Shown here: positions 14,862 to 28,303 of the stretch, piece by piece
Position numbering within the stretch: position 1 is the stretch's first letter
How the letters are laid out: each line of letters opens with the position of its first letter
Origin: Eledone cirrhosa
Lineage: Eukaryota
Direction: 5' to 3'
NCBI GenBank assembly: GCA_964016885.1
Contig: OZ024742.1
Location: 130,696,001-130,760,000 of the forward strand
Length of the DNA stretch: 64,000 nt
Notes under the pieces: model-generated
Database searches by the model: none
Seen by the model: the letters and a program-made list of their open reading frames with translations, nothing else
Told to the model about the DNA's origin: nothing
Made by a program: the position numbers and the translations under genes

Positions 14862-15025
14862 AAATAAAGTACCAGTGCGTGACTGGTACTTTATTTTATC
14901 GACCTCGTGAGGATGAAAGGCAAAGTTAACTTTGGCGGGATATGAACTCAGATCATAAAGGGCCGTAACTCTGTGCTGCAAAGCATGGCGTCTGACTCTC
15001 TACCGATACTGCCAATCCACCGCCC
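14862..15025 (-). mobile_element. SINE family A
   Basis: Reverse complement of the consensus, including the tRNA-like head. Confidence 0.85.
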
Positions 15026-15654
15026 TTATATATATTATAATACTAACAAGACATTGGTTAACCCCACCAAAGTTTTGGTAGAATACAATTGTTCAAGGTG
15101 TCATGTAGCGAAACTGAACCCGGAACCTGCAATGACGTGGTTGCGCAATGAACGTTTTAACCACAGTGCGCAAGAAATCAACATTTGTTCAATGGCAGTT
15201 GATATACCAACACAGGAAGTGATCCAGTATTCAGAGAAAAAGAAGGAGCCATTAAAAACGTAAATTGAAACGAAACGAACGGAATAAAAAAAAAAATGTA
15301 TTTTTGCATAATGTTTGCTTCTTCCATTTAGAATCAATTTTGTAGCTTCAGCTGAAATAAAATTTTCAATAGGAATAGAATGAATAGATGTAATAGGTTA
15401 CTTATCTGCAAATAGACTACACGGTGTGTCTAGCGAGCGAAATATTTTCATTGAATTGGTCGCCTTGAATCTCTTTTCACAATGTTGACGCTTGTTGATC
15501 AGAAAGTTTTATGTGATGTTAAACAGACAATTCTAGTAATATATTAACAATGCTGAGAACTGGACGGAAATAACAATAACAACTGCTACACTTATTACTA
15601 CCATAACAACTACCACATACCAGAAATACAAGCATCACTACTACAACAGTATAT

Positions 15655-16275
15655 GTTTTTAATCTAGACACAAGGCCAGCAATTTTAGAGGAGAGGAGGG
15701 TCAATTAAGTTGACCCTAGTACTTTATTGATCGACCTCGGAAAGATGAAGTCAAAGTTAACTTCATTGGAATTTGGACTCAGAACTTAAAGAGTCATACG
15801 TATTTGTCCAAAACTGTAACAACTCCACTAATCCACCACTCTTCAATAATAGTTTCTGATTTAGGCATAAGATCAAACATTTTTGAGGAGGGGAAAGTGT
15901 GTTACTGGTACTTTATAAGATCAACTATTCTGAAGGATGACAGGCAAAGCTAGCTTCAGCGGGATTTGAACTCAGAACGCAAAGGAACGTAACTATATGC
16001 ATCAAAACATGTTGTCCAACGTTCTACCGATATTGCCAATCCATCGCTCTTACTCTTATAACAATAATAGTTTTTAATATAGATACAAGGCCAGAAATCT
16101 TTGAGGACAACGAAAATCTATTAAACCAAGCCCCAGTATTTGACAGGCACCTTATATTATCGAACCCAGAAGGATAAAAAACAAAAATTGACCTCATCAA
16201 GATTTGAACTCAGAACTCTAAGAATCGGATCCAATACCACAATGCACTTTATTCAGCGCTCTAATGACTTTGCTC
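15655..16275 (-). mobile_element. Three head-to-tail old SINE family A copies
   Basis: Three successive diverged units acaaggccag...gatttgaactcagaac. Confidence 0.7.
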
Positions 16276-17389
16276 ATCTAACTACAATAGTGCTGATTTG
16301 AAACATTATCACAAATCCATACATTTTAAGTGAATGTTTAGACTTCTCACCATAAGCAATATAGAACGCAGAAGCTAACTAAAATTTGGTTGGCATTTGA
16401 TCCACCACTCTAATAATATAGACGTCAATAACTCCACATATTCACCTTCGTGATGAAAACAATGTGTATTATTCGTCAAACATACACACACACACACATA
16501 CGACGCGTGCGCGCGCACACACACACACACACACACGCGCGCGCGTGCACACACACTCACACACACGCGCGCATATGCATATGTACACGCGCGCACACAC
16601 ACACACACATATATATGTATAAACAACAACTTTCTTGAAAGTGATGCTACGAGACTTCTTTATTAGCTGTCAACATTAGTAATACTGAGAACTCCATTAG
16701 AGAAAATAAATATATAAATAAATAAATGAATAAAGACAATTATTTATATAACAATGCTTTTACAAACAAGAACGAGATAAGGATACAAATAAAACATCAA
16801 CAACTATAGCAAAAATATAAAACCTGAAATACACAAGAACAACAAGAAAATATAGAATACAATAAAAGAAATAAAGAATTGAATATTACATTCTCCGGCA
16901 CCAGCTAAGCAAATGCTACCATCCCTCGACTGTAAAACCCCCCATCCCTTAAAAATCTAACCCTACGACCTTATCTATCAAATACCAAACTTAAAATCTG
17001 AGACTAGCCAGCTAAGCTATAAGGAGAGTACTTCCTATTGATGGCTGCGTCGTGTTCCGGTTAAATTGAGACGATGACCGGAAATGACGTCATTACAGCT
17101 GCACATGTACCGTTGTTGCTTTTTCTGTTTATTTTTGTAAGACACGTTTCTTATCTATTTGATTTGTGTATATGTTTGTATGTGTGTAAGTGTGTATAAG
17201 TGTATGAGTGTGTGAGTGTATGCAGACGTATGTAAGTGGGTGTTAATGCGTGTATAGGGTGGCTGAGTGAGTAATGAAACCAAAATAGAATGGCATTGCA
17301 ATTCTATTCTTCACTTCTTGAAGTCTCTTTGTTTTCTTGCATTATTCTTTCTGTATTTCCTTTCTTATAGACATTGCAGCCAATGTGCC

Positions 17390-20300
17390 AGTAACAGTAG
17401 TAACAATAACAACACTAGTAGTAACAGTAGTAACAATAACAACACTAGTAGTAACACTAGTAACAATAACAACACTAGTAGTAACAGTAGTAACAATAAC
17501 AACACTAGTAGTAACAGTAGTAACAATAACAACACTAGTAGTAACACTAGTAACAATAACAACACTAGTAGTAACACTAGTAACAATAACAACACTAGTA
17601 GTAACACTAGTAACAATAACAACACTAGTAGTAACAGTAGTAACAATAACAATACTAGTAGTAACAGTAGTAACAATAACAACACTAGTAGTAACAGTAG
17701 TAACAATAACAACACTAGTAGTAACAGTAGTAACAATAACAACACTAGTAGTAACACTAGTAACAATAACAACACTAGTAGTAACACTAGTAACAATAAC
17801 AACACTAGTAGTAACACTAGTAACAATAACAACACTAGTAGTAACAGTAGTAACAATAACAATACTAGTAGTAACAGTAGTAACAATAACAACACTAGTA
17901 GTAACAGTAGTAACAATAACAACACTAGTAGTAACAGTAGTAACAATAACAACACTAGTAGTAACAGTAGTAACAATAACAACACTAGTAGTAACACTAG
18001 TAACAATAACAACACTAGTAGTAACACTAGTAACAATAAGAACACTAGTAGTAACAGTAGTAACGATAACAATACTAGTAGTAAAAGTAGTAACGATAAC
18101 AACACTAGTAGTAACAGTAGTAACGATAACAACACTAGTAGTAACACTAGTAGTAACAGTAGTAACAATAACAACACTAGTAGTAACAGTAGTAACAGTA
18201 GTAACAATAACAACACTAGTAGTAACACTAGTAGTAACAGTAGTAACAATAACAACACTAGTAGTAACACTAGTAGTAACAGTAGTAACAATAACAACAC
18301 TAGTAGTAACAGTAGTAACAGTAGTAACAATAACAACACTAGTAGTAACACTAGTAGTAACGGTAGTAACAATAACCACACTAGTAGTAACACTAGTAGT
18401 AACAGTAGTAACGATGACAACACTAGTAGTAACAGTAGTAACAGTAGTAACAATAACAACACTAGTAGTAACAGTAGTAACAATAACAACACTAGTAGTA
18501 ACAGTAGTAACGATAATAACACTAGTAGTAACAGTAGTAACGATAACAACACTAGTAGTAACACTAGTAACAATAACAACACTAGTAGTAACAGTAGTAA
18601 CGATAACAATACTAGTAGTAAAAGTAGTAACGATAACAACACTAGTAGTAACAGTAGTAACGATAACAACACTAGTAGTAACACTAGTAACAATAACAAC
18701 ACTAGTAGTAACAGTAGTAACGATAACAATACTAGTAGTAACAGTAGTAACAATAACAACACTAGTAGTAACAGTAGTAACAATAACAACACTAGTAGTA
18801 ACAGTAGTAACAATAACAACACTAGTAGTAACACTAGTAACAATAACAACACTAGTAGTAACAGTAGTAACGATAACAATACTAGTAGTAACAATAGTAA
18901 CAATAACAACACTAGTAGTAACAGTAGTAACGATAACAATACTAGTAGTAACAGTAGTAACAATAACAATACTAGTAGTAACAGTAGTAACAATAACAAC
19001 ACTAGTAGTAACAATAACAACACTAGTAGTAACAGCAGTAACAATAACAACACTAGTAGTAACAGTAGTAACAATAACAACACTAGTAGTAACAGTAGTA
19101 ACAATAACAATACTAGTAGTAACAGTAGTAACAATAACAACACTAGTAGTAACACTAGTAACAATAACAACACTAGTAGTAACAGTAGTAACAATAACAA
19201 CACTAGTAGTAACAGTAGTAACAATAACAACACTAGTAGTAACAATAACAATACTAGTAGTAACAGTAGTAACAATAACAACACTAGTAGTAACAGTAGT
19301 AACAATAACAACACTAGTAGTAACAGTAGTAACAATAACAACACTAGTAGTAACAGTAGTAACAATAACAACACTAGTAGTAACACTAGTAACAATAACA
19401 ACACTAGTAGTAACACTAGTAACAATAACAACACTAGTAGTAACAGTAGTAACAATAACAACACTAGTAGTAACAGTAGTAACGATAACAACACTAGTAG
19501 TAACAGTAGTAACAATAACAATACTAGTAGTAACAGTAGTAACAATAACAACACTAGTATTAACAGTAGTAACAATAACAACACTAGTAGTAACAGTAGT
19601 AACAATAACAATACTAGTAGTAACAGTAGTAACAATAACAACAATAGTAGTAACAGTAGTAACAATAACAACACTAGTAGTAACAGTAGTAACAATAACA
19701 ACACTAGTAGTAACAGTAGTAACAATAACAACACTAGTAGTAACAGTAGTAACAATAACAACACTAGTAGTAACAGTAGTAACAATAACAACACTAGTAG
19801 TAACACTAGTAGTAACAGTAGTAACAATAACAACACTAGTAGTAACACTAGTAGTAACAGTAGTAACAATAACAACACTAGTAGTAACACTAGTAGTAAC
19901 AGTAGTAACAATAACAACACTAGTAGTAACAGTAGTAACAATAACAACACTAGTAGTAACACTAGTAGTAACAGTAGTAACAATAACAACACTAGTAGTA
20001 ACACTAGTAGTAACAGTAGTAACAATAACAACACTAGTAGTAACAGTAGTAACAGTAGTAACAATAACAACACTAGTAGTAACACTAGTAGTAACGGTAG
20101 TAACAATAACAACACTAGTAGTAACACTAGTAGTAACAGTAGTAACGATGACAACACTAGTAGTAACAGTAGTAACAGTAGTAACAATAACAACACTAGT
20201 AGTAACAGTAGTAACAATAACAATACTAGTAGTAACAGTAGTAACGATAACAACACTAGTAGTAACAGTAGTAACAATAACAACACTAGTAGTAACAGTA

Positions 20301-22190
20301 GTAACAATAACAACACTAGTAGTAACAGTAGTAACGATAATAACACTAGTAGTAACAGTAGTAACGATAACAACACTAGTAGTAACACTAGTAACAATAA
20401 CAACACTAGTAGTAACAGTAGTAACGATAACAATACTAGTAGTAACAGTAGTAACGATAACAATACTAGTAGTAACAGTAGTAACAATAACAATACTAGT
20501 AGTAAAAGTAGTAACGATAACAACACTAGTAGTAACAGTAGTAACGATAACAACACTAGTAGTAACACTAGTAACAATAACAACACTAGTAGTAACAGTA
20601 GTAACGATAACAATACTAGTAGTAACAGTAGTAACAATAACAACACTAGTAGTAACAGTAGTAACAATAACAACACTAGTAGTAACAGTAGTAACAATAA
20701 CAACACTAGTAGTAACACTAGTAACAATAACAACACTAGTAGTAACAGTAGTAACGATAACAATACTAGTAGTAACAATAGTAACAATAACAACACTAGT
20801 AGTAACAGTAGTAACGATAACAATACTAGTAGTAACAGTAGTAACAATAACAATACTAGTAGTAACAGTAGTAACAATAACAACACTAGTAGTAACAATA
20901 ACAACACTAGTAGTAACAGCAGTAACAATAACAACACTAGTAGTAACAGTAGTAACAATAACAATACTAGTAGTAACAGTAGTAACAATAACAACACTAG
21001 TAGTAACACTAGTAACAATAACAACACTAGTAGTAACAGTAGTAACAATAACAACACTAGTAGTAACAGTAGTAACAATAACAACACTAGTAGTAACAAT
21101 AACAATACTAGTAGTAACAGTAGTAACAATAACAACACTAGTAGTAACAGTAGTAACAATAACAACACTAGTAGTAACAGTAGTAACAATAACAACACTA
21201 GTAGTAACACTAGTAACAATAACAACACTAGTAGTAACAGTAGTAACAATAACAACACTAGTAGTAACAGTAGTAACGATAACAACACTAGTAGTAACAG
21301 TAGTAACAATAACAATACTAGTAGTAACAGTAGTAACAATAACAACACTAGTATTAACAGTAGTAACAATAACAACACTAGTAGTAACAGTAGTAACAAT
21401 AACAATACTAGTAGTAACAGTAGTAACAATAACAACAATAGTAGTAACAGTAGTAACAATAACAACACTAGTAGTAACAGTAGTAACAATAACAACACTA
21501 GTAGTAACAGTAGTAACAATAACAACACTAGTAGTAACAATAACAATACTAGTAGTAACAGTAGTAACAATAACAACACTAGTAGTAACAGTAGTAACAA
21601 TAACAACACTAGTAGTAACAGTAGTAACAATAACAACACTAGTAGTAACAGTAGTAACAATAACAACACTAGTAGTAACAGTAGTAACAATAACAACACT
21701 AGTAGTAACAGTAGTAACGATAACAACACTAGTAGTAACAGTAGTAACAATAACAATACTAGTAGTAACAGTAGTAACAATAACAACACTAGTAGTAACA
21801 GTAGTAACAATAACAACACTAGTAGTAACAGTAGTAACAATAACAACACTAGTAGTAACAGTAGTAACGATAACAACACTAGTAGTAACAGTAGTAACAA
21901 TAACAACACTAGTAGTAACAGTAGTAACGATAACAACACTAGTAGTAACAGTAGTAACAATAACAACACTAGTAGTAACAGTAGTAACAATAACAACACT
22001 AGTAGTAACAGTAGTAACGATAACAACACTAGTAGTAACAGTAGTAACAATAACAATACTAGTAGTAACAGTAGTAACAATAACAACACTAGTAGTAACA
22101 GTAGTAACAATAACAACACTAGTAGTAACAGTAGTAACAATAACAATACTAGTAGTAACAGTAGTAACAATAACAACACTAGTAGTAACA
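17390..22190. repeat. 4.8-kb 30-bp minisatellite (AGTAGTAACAGTAGTAACAATAACAACACT), ~160 units
   Basis: Period of 30, with 9/21/39-bp length variants; built from AGT/AAC triplets. Confidence 0.97.
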
Positions 22191-22249
22191 GTTGAAGTTA
22201 CTGTAGTAGTAAAAGTAGACGAATATATATATTTTTATATGTCTGACCC

Positions 22250-22431
22250 GAATTCTCTTGGTCGCGTTTTTCGGCTGTGCGAATGATTGTTTAAGCATCG
22301 TCTCAGTGTGTTGCTATTTAAACGTTAGTTATAGCTCTGGTTTATCCAAACTATTGAGCACTTTGCCACACATTTCGAAGATTGTGTTTCGTTATTTCGT
22401 GGGCCGAGGTTCCGATTCTCGATAATTTATA

Positions 22432-22432
<1 letters not shown>
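22250..22432 (-). mobile_element. Penelope-like element fragment (GIY-YIG C-terminal region)
   Basis: Homologous to 59117-59230 (plus) and 60930-61110 (minus). Remnant motifs ...KPEL* here and R.T.H.KQIRH in the 59.1-kb copy. Confidence 0.5.
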
Positions 22433-22466
<34 letters not shown>

Positions 22467-22468
<2 letters not shown>

Positions 22469-23160
22469 ATTGTTTCTACTTTAGGCACAAGGCCAGCAAA
22501 TACTCAGTGCATTACTGGTACTTTATTTTATCGACTCCGTAAGGATGAAAGGCAAAGTCAACCTCGATAATAATGGTTTCTGATTTAGGCACAAGGCCAA
22601 CAATTGTGGGGTGGAGAAAGTGGATTAATTCTACACCAGTACATTACTGGTACTTTATTTTATTGACCCTGAATAAATGAAAGGTAAAGCTAACCTCGGC
22701 GGGATTTGAACTCAAAACGTAAAGAGCCGTAAGTACATGCCGCAAAACAACTTGTCTGACGCTCTACTGATACTGTTAATCTACAATATAATGTTTTCTT
22801 ATATAAGCACAAGGCCATCAATTTGGGGAGAGGGGAAACGTCGCTTAAATCGACCCCAGTGCATGATTGGTACTTTATTCTATCGACCTCGTAAGGATGG
22901 ATGAAAGGCAAAGTTAACCTCGGCGGGATTGGAACTCAGATCATAAAGGGCCGTAACTCTATGCAGCAAAGCATGGCGTCTGACGCTCTACCGATATACT
23001 GCTAATACACCGCCCTAATCTACCATATAATAATAAGGATTTCTAACATTGGAATACGGTGAGAAATTTGTGAGGAGGGGAAAGTCAATTGCATCGACAT
23101 CAGTACTTTATTGCTACTTTATCGACCTGGGAAGGATGAAAGGCGGGATTTGAACTCCGA
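22467..23160 (-). mobile_element. Four head-to-tail SINE family A copies
   Basis: Repeated gtttc...ggcacaaggcca...gatgaaaggcaaagt units. Confidence 0.85.
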
Positions 23161-23865
23161 CCCTTGAGTACTAGAGCAAGTGCTTTTTCTACTGTTTACG
23201 TCGTTCGCATTGTTACTATACTTGATATTTTTTATTTCAATGCGAAAAAGGCGTCACCGACAATTCGGCCCTTGGGGGCAAAATGTGCATTTTAAATACA
23301 AATATGAACACACCCTCTATCTTTTCATCAAAAGCATATTGAGGAAACAAATTTGCAGCGGCACCAACTCCATCACCACCACAATAACCACCATAAAAAA
23401 CATATCAGTACAATGCACCACCCATCACCACTATAACAACTACACCTCCACCATATCATCAACCCACCACCACCACCACCACAGCAGAGCCCTAAGAACC
23501 ACCGAGAACATCAGATGTACCATCTCCAACGAAGAGCCACACACTGCATCTGCTGGTACGAACATGTCCTCCACCTCCCGCCAGATCAGTCTACCAGGGC
23601 TTTACTCACCTTCGACGCAGCAGCTGAAGAACTATGCTAAAGCTGCACGTCTCTGTCGAATGCTCAGCCACTTGAAAGTTAATTTCACGGGAAGAATATC
23701 CCATAGTTCGAAACATTGAAACACTGAGTGAACTGGAGTAACTTACTACTGCTAATCGAACTCACGACCTCACCATTCTGAGCTGTACACCATGATCACT
23801 AAGCCACGCACCTTCACTCTTTTTGGGTGCCTTTATACCAGTCATCATGATATACAAATCCACTG

Positions 23866-24003
<138 letters not shown>

Positions 24004-24026
24004 GTATATATATATGTGTGTATATA

Positions 24027-26087
24027 TCTAATATATATTTGTGAAATGGGCGGTGGTTGAAATTCAGATGTGCACGGTTAAATGGTAGTAGACGTGGTCG
24101 GACGGACATGGAAATTTACACACCTATGTAAAAAGTGCCAACGAAGCAAATAGACGAGGTTTCAAATCTCTAACTTGAAAAATGTGGTCCCTGGGGCCCC
24201 AAAACAATCGCGTTCGGTGAGTTATTTCCCCCTGTTCTAATACTAACTCATCAATTTATTTCGCTGCGTTCTTTCGTAGCTTTCTTTCGCTGTTGACATA
24301 CAGTACCATTTTACGAAATGCCAATCCGAAAACGGTCACTGTTTTCCATCAAAAGATACAAAACCCTTAATATGCGAAGAAGGGAGTCATGTTCTCAAGT
24401 ACGTATTTACAGATATCATTTTCATTTTATTTCTAATACATGTTAACCACCACTAACAGTATGTAGTATTTTTCGATTCATTGTCTTATTTAAAATAACA
24501 TATCAAAGACAACGTTATTTCGCTGTTAATAAACTGTTGGCTACTACAGTACGTTTCATTTTCATTTTTAAAATACAATTGCTTTATATTAAATTTAAAT
24601 AATTCTATAACGATCATACAGTACTGTTTTATGAAATCGATTCTGCAGTAGAATTTTATGAAATGCCAAAACGAAAAAGGTAACTGTTTTCTAACAAAAG
24701 AAATAAAACCCTTACATTGCGAACCCTCTGTTCTAATACTGGGGTTAGTTATTTCCCCCTCTTCTAATAAATATCTAATATATAGAGGCCCCTCTTGCTG
24801 ACCAGGGCAATCAAAGTGTAAACTATCATACAGTACCGTTTTATGAAATATCTATTCTGCAGTAAAATTTTACGAAATGCCAAACCGAAAACAGTAACTG
24901 TTTTCCATCAAAAGAAATAAAATCCTTAAATTGCGAAGAAGGGAGTCATGTTCTCAAGTACGTTTTTTCAGATATAATTTTCATTTTTTTTCTAATACAT
25001 GTTAACCACCACTAACAGTAAGTAGTATTTTTCAAATCATTGTCTTATTTAAAATAACATATCAAAGACAACGTTATTTCGCTGTTAATAAACTTTTGGC
25101 TACTACAAGCTTCCATGGTTACGGAGAAAATCGATGAAACAGGAATTTCCCATTCAAATTGAACTAAGAGTAATCTGTGAACGCAGAAGTAAATATTTCG
25201 AGAAACGTTGCAACCGAACGAAAACAGGAAGACGATATTTTGGTTCGTGAAGACGTTCCCTGGCAATGAACGAAAAAAAAGCGAGGATAATACGTCGTTA
25301 TGTGGAGCGTGAAGAACAATTTCATGCAAAGACAAGACCAAGTTTATGGTATAAATGGAGTCGTTAGACTAATATTCTATTTAAAATAACAGAATGATTT
25401 CCAACACCGGAGTTTAAGAATTATGTAAATAAAATTTAAAACGAAAATGACAGAGGTTATTAAAATAGTAAAAGTAAATAGTGAAGATTTAGGCCAGTAC
25501 ATACGTATGCCCCGACGGACATACACATACATACGCACACACAAATACATACACCCCCCTACACACACAGACATACATACGCACTCACAAATGCATACAC
25601 CCCCCCCCCACACACACAAACACACACGAACGCACGCGCGTATGTATAAATCTTATGCATTTCTACAGTATTTTCACCAAACTTAAGACATAGGTTACTT
25701 ATGTATTCCGGATGGTCATGGGCACTTTCATTTTTCCAGATATTGATTATAGGGTCCCCCGGCAGATAACTCCATTTAACCACTTTAACCACTTCCTTGG
25801 AGTAGACTGAAGCACTGCAGTGCAATGCAACAAAACGTCATAACTTCTGGAGTTCGCAACCGATTTTCACAAAACTTGACACATGGGCTACGTTTATCCT
25901 ACAGATAAATGTTAACTCTCAGAATTGGCACATATTGGGTAGGGGACTCCTGGGGGCAGGAACCCCCTTTTAGAAAAAGCCGATGATTTTGTAAAAGTAT
26001 AGATTTCGAAGCAGCACTGAAGTATTGACATAAATGGTATACACAACTGCTATTTAATATCCGAGCAACGCCGGGTACCTTTGCTAG
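24027..26087 (+). mobile_element. Non-autonomous Helitron (possibly composite)
   Basis: 5' A|TC (tctaatatat); 3' subterminal hairpin ccgagcaacgccggg followed by CTAG|T at 26084-26088; no TSD seen; internal direct repeats 24297-24549 and ~24870-25108. Confidence 0.7.
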
Positions 26088-26106
26088 TATATATATATAT
26101 ATATAT

Positions 26107-26217
26107 ATAGGAAAAAGTATGACCCCGACGGCAGAGCTCAAGCCGTTTCGACAGCTATTTCTGGACAGAAATAGCCGTCGAAACGGCTTCTGCCGTCAGA
26201 GTCATACTTTTTCCTAT
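26107..26217. repeat. ~110-bp palindrome (probable inverted PLE terminal repeat)
   Basis: taggaaaaagtatgac...ctatttctg-ga-cagaaatag...gtcatactttttccta. Confidence 0.85.
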
Positions 26218-26294
26218 TACCTACTCTACTACACTAAGTATTGAGTGCTCTGGTGCGTTGTGGTCCATCTGGTTCCTTACCAAAATTTCTTCGG

Positions 26295-26361
<67 letters not shown>

Positions 26362-26437
26362 CATACATACACAATGTATATGCAACGATTGTGTTGACGT
26401 GTTGAGTGTGTACTTTTTGCTTAAAATAACACACAGT

Positions 26438-26835
26438 AAGGCGGCGAGTTGGCAGAGTCGTTAGAAGGTTGGATAGAGTGATTTGTGGTATTCTTTTCCC
26501 AATGCTTTGCCGTATTCTTTCAAGCTCTCTTCTCTCTGACTTCGAATCTCGCCGATGTCAACTTTACCTTTCCTCGTTTCGATAAAATAAGTACCAGTCT
26601 AATTCTGGGGTCGATTATTCCTCTGTATCTCTTACTTATATTCTCACTTCTATTCTCTCTCTATCTTTCTCTGGAAGAAATCTGCAGTATTCAGACCTGA
26701 AAAGGAGATGGGGCTCTACCAGATTTAACAAAAGCCTTAGAAACACCGTATGTCAATACGGCATCCCTACGACTCCCTCAAGAGTTACGAGACCCTGCAA
26801 GTATACACAGTCACACAAGTTGACACAGACACATA
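26438..26835 (+). mobile_element. SINE family A variant with an alternative 3' tail
   Basis: Family A head and body followed by tctggaagaaatctgcag...cagtcacacaagttgac; same tail at 12980-13145 and 56235-56330. Confidence 0.7.
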
Positions 26836-27892
26836 TACAAACATATACATATATCTTTACACCAACACATGAGTCTAATTGTTGTTTGCCAACTGAGAAA
26901 CATTTTAAAAAGTGATATATATATTGTCATAGAGTATTATTTACCGGCAAAAATATTGAACAAATAATAGAATATTAAAAACGACGGGAAATTGAAAACA
27001 AAACAAAACAAAACAAAACAAAACAAATGCAAAATCAAAACAAAATGTAGTTTAGATTCGTGACATATGCATATTAAGATTAAAACACACACCACACGCA
27101 CATACACGCACACATACACACACCTACATATACAAAGAGATACACATGTATGTATATGAGTGTGTGTGTGTTTATGTGATGTAAGTTTTTATCAGCTATA
27201 AACTATATACATAATAATACATACAATAATACACAATAATAAATAAAACCAAAAGCAAGACAGCAAAGACAATAACAAAATCTATTATATACAAGATTTG
27301 GAAGCCATTGTTTTTCTCCATCCCCGTTTTCTAATAGAAAATCAAAATCTGTAGCCGATCTGATAGATTTAGTGTATTGACCGATTTACGAAACATAATC
27401 AATCATAACAAAATGCTGACTACTATTTTCTTAGGGTTTTTTTTATCTTCTATAATCGATTTAAAGACATTTTAATCAGAAACCTATTTGATATTAGCAT
27501 CATGACACTATTAAGTGGTCACCTTAAATATAATCCCAGCTGTTTCAGTAGCTCATGTTAGTTCTCTAAACAATATAAGTGGTTGCCCGCTAATGGTAGT
27601 AGTAGTAGTGGATAATGGCAGTTTCTCTAAAATAAGATATAGAATGTTACAAGAAAAAAAAAATTCAAAGAAATAAAATAGCATCAGATTCTATGGCGGC
27701 GATGGCAGTGAGAGATATGGTCGGGATGGATATAGAATGTCTGTGTTGTTAAATTAACTTCACAATTTCGTTTTACAAGGTTCAGTAATACCGAGCGGCA
27801 TTTTTATTTATCTGGCAATATTATAACAACATGACCCTCCCCAAATATAAAAATATCTTTATAAAATAGTTTCGGATGGGAATGTGTGTGTG

Positions 27893-28126
27893 TGTGATAG
27901 CTCACAGCTATGCAGGTTTAGCTGGCCTCCTCCAAGGTATATCTCGTTGGAGGTGTCTTGGGTGATTTAATGATAGGGGCCCCAGTCCTACCATCTCATT
28001 TCTACAGCTGAGTAAACTGGAGCAACGTAAAATAAAGTGTCTTGCTCAAGGAAATAACACATCATTGAACTCACAACCTTTCGATTGCAAGCCCAATGCT
28101 CTAACCACTAAGACATGCGTCTTCAC
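27893..28126 (-). mobile_element. CORE-type SINE (tail type 1)
   Basis: tRNA-like head; ttgagcaagacactttattttacgttgctccag...cagctgtagaaatgag resembles the CORE domain; tail shared with 57730-57910. Confidence 0.75.
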
Positions 28127-28129
28127 AGC

Positions 28130-28232
28130 TCCCCATCTCTCAATATTATGAGCAAATGGGGAGGGGGGGCACGCACTGGCCTTCCGCGGCCTCGGCGGAC
28201 AGAATAGAGAAAGCATTTCTCCGGAGGATGGT
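28130..28232 (-). mobile_element. CRE-like LINE 3' fragment
   Basis: Homologous to 52330-52425; translates LRRNAFSILSA. Confidence 0.6.
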
Positions 28233-28303
28233 GAGAGAGACGTCCAATGATTGAGACAAATTTGATAGAAACTCTGTAGAAAACCGCCATATCTATCTAT
28301 CTA

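Noticed and set aside
17365-22179. 1604-aa poly-Leu and 1649-aa Val/Thr ORFs
   Set aside because: Alternative frames of the 30-bp array; the compositions are not plausible proteins.
23180-23719. 179-aa ORF as a host exon
   Set aside because: No recognisable domain, partly CAC-repeat derived, non-ATG start.
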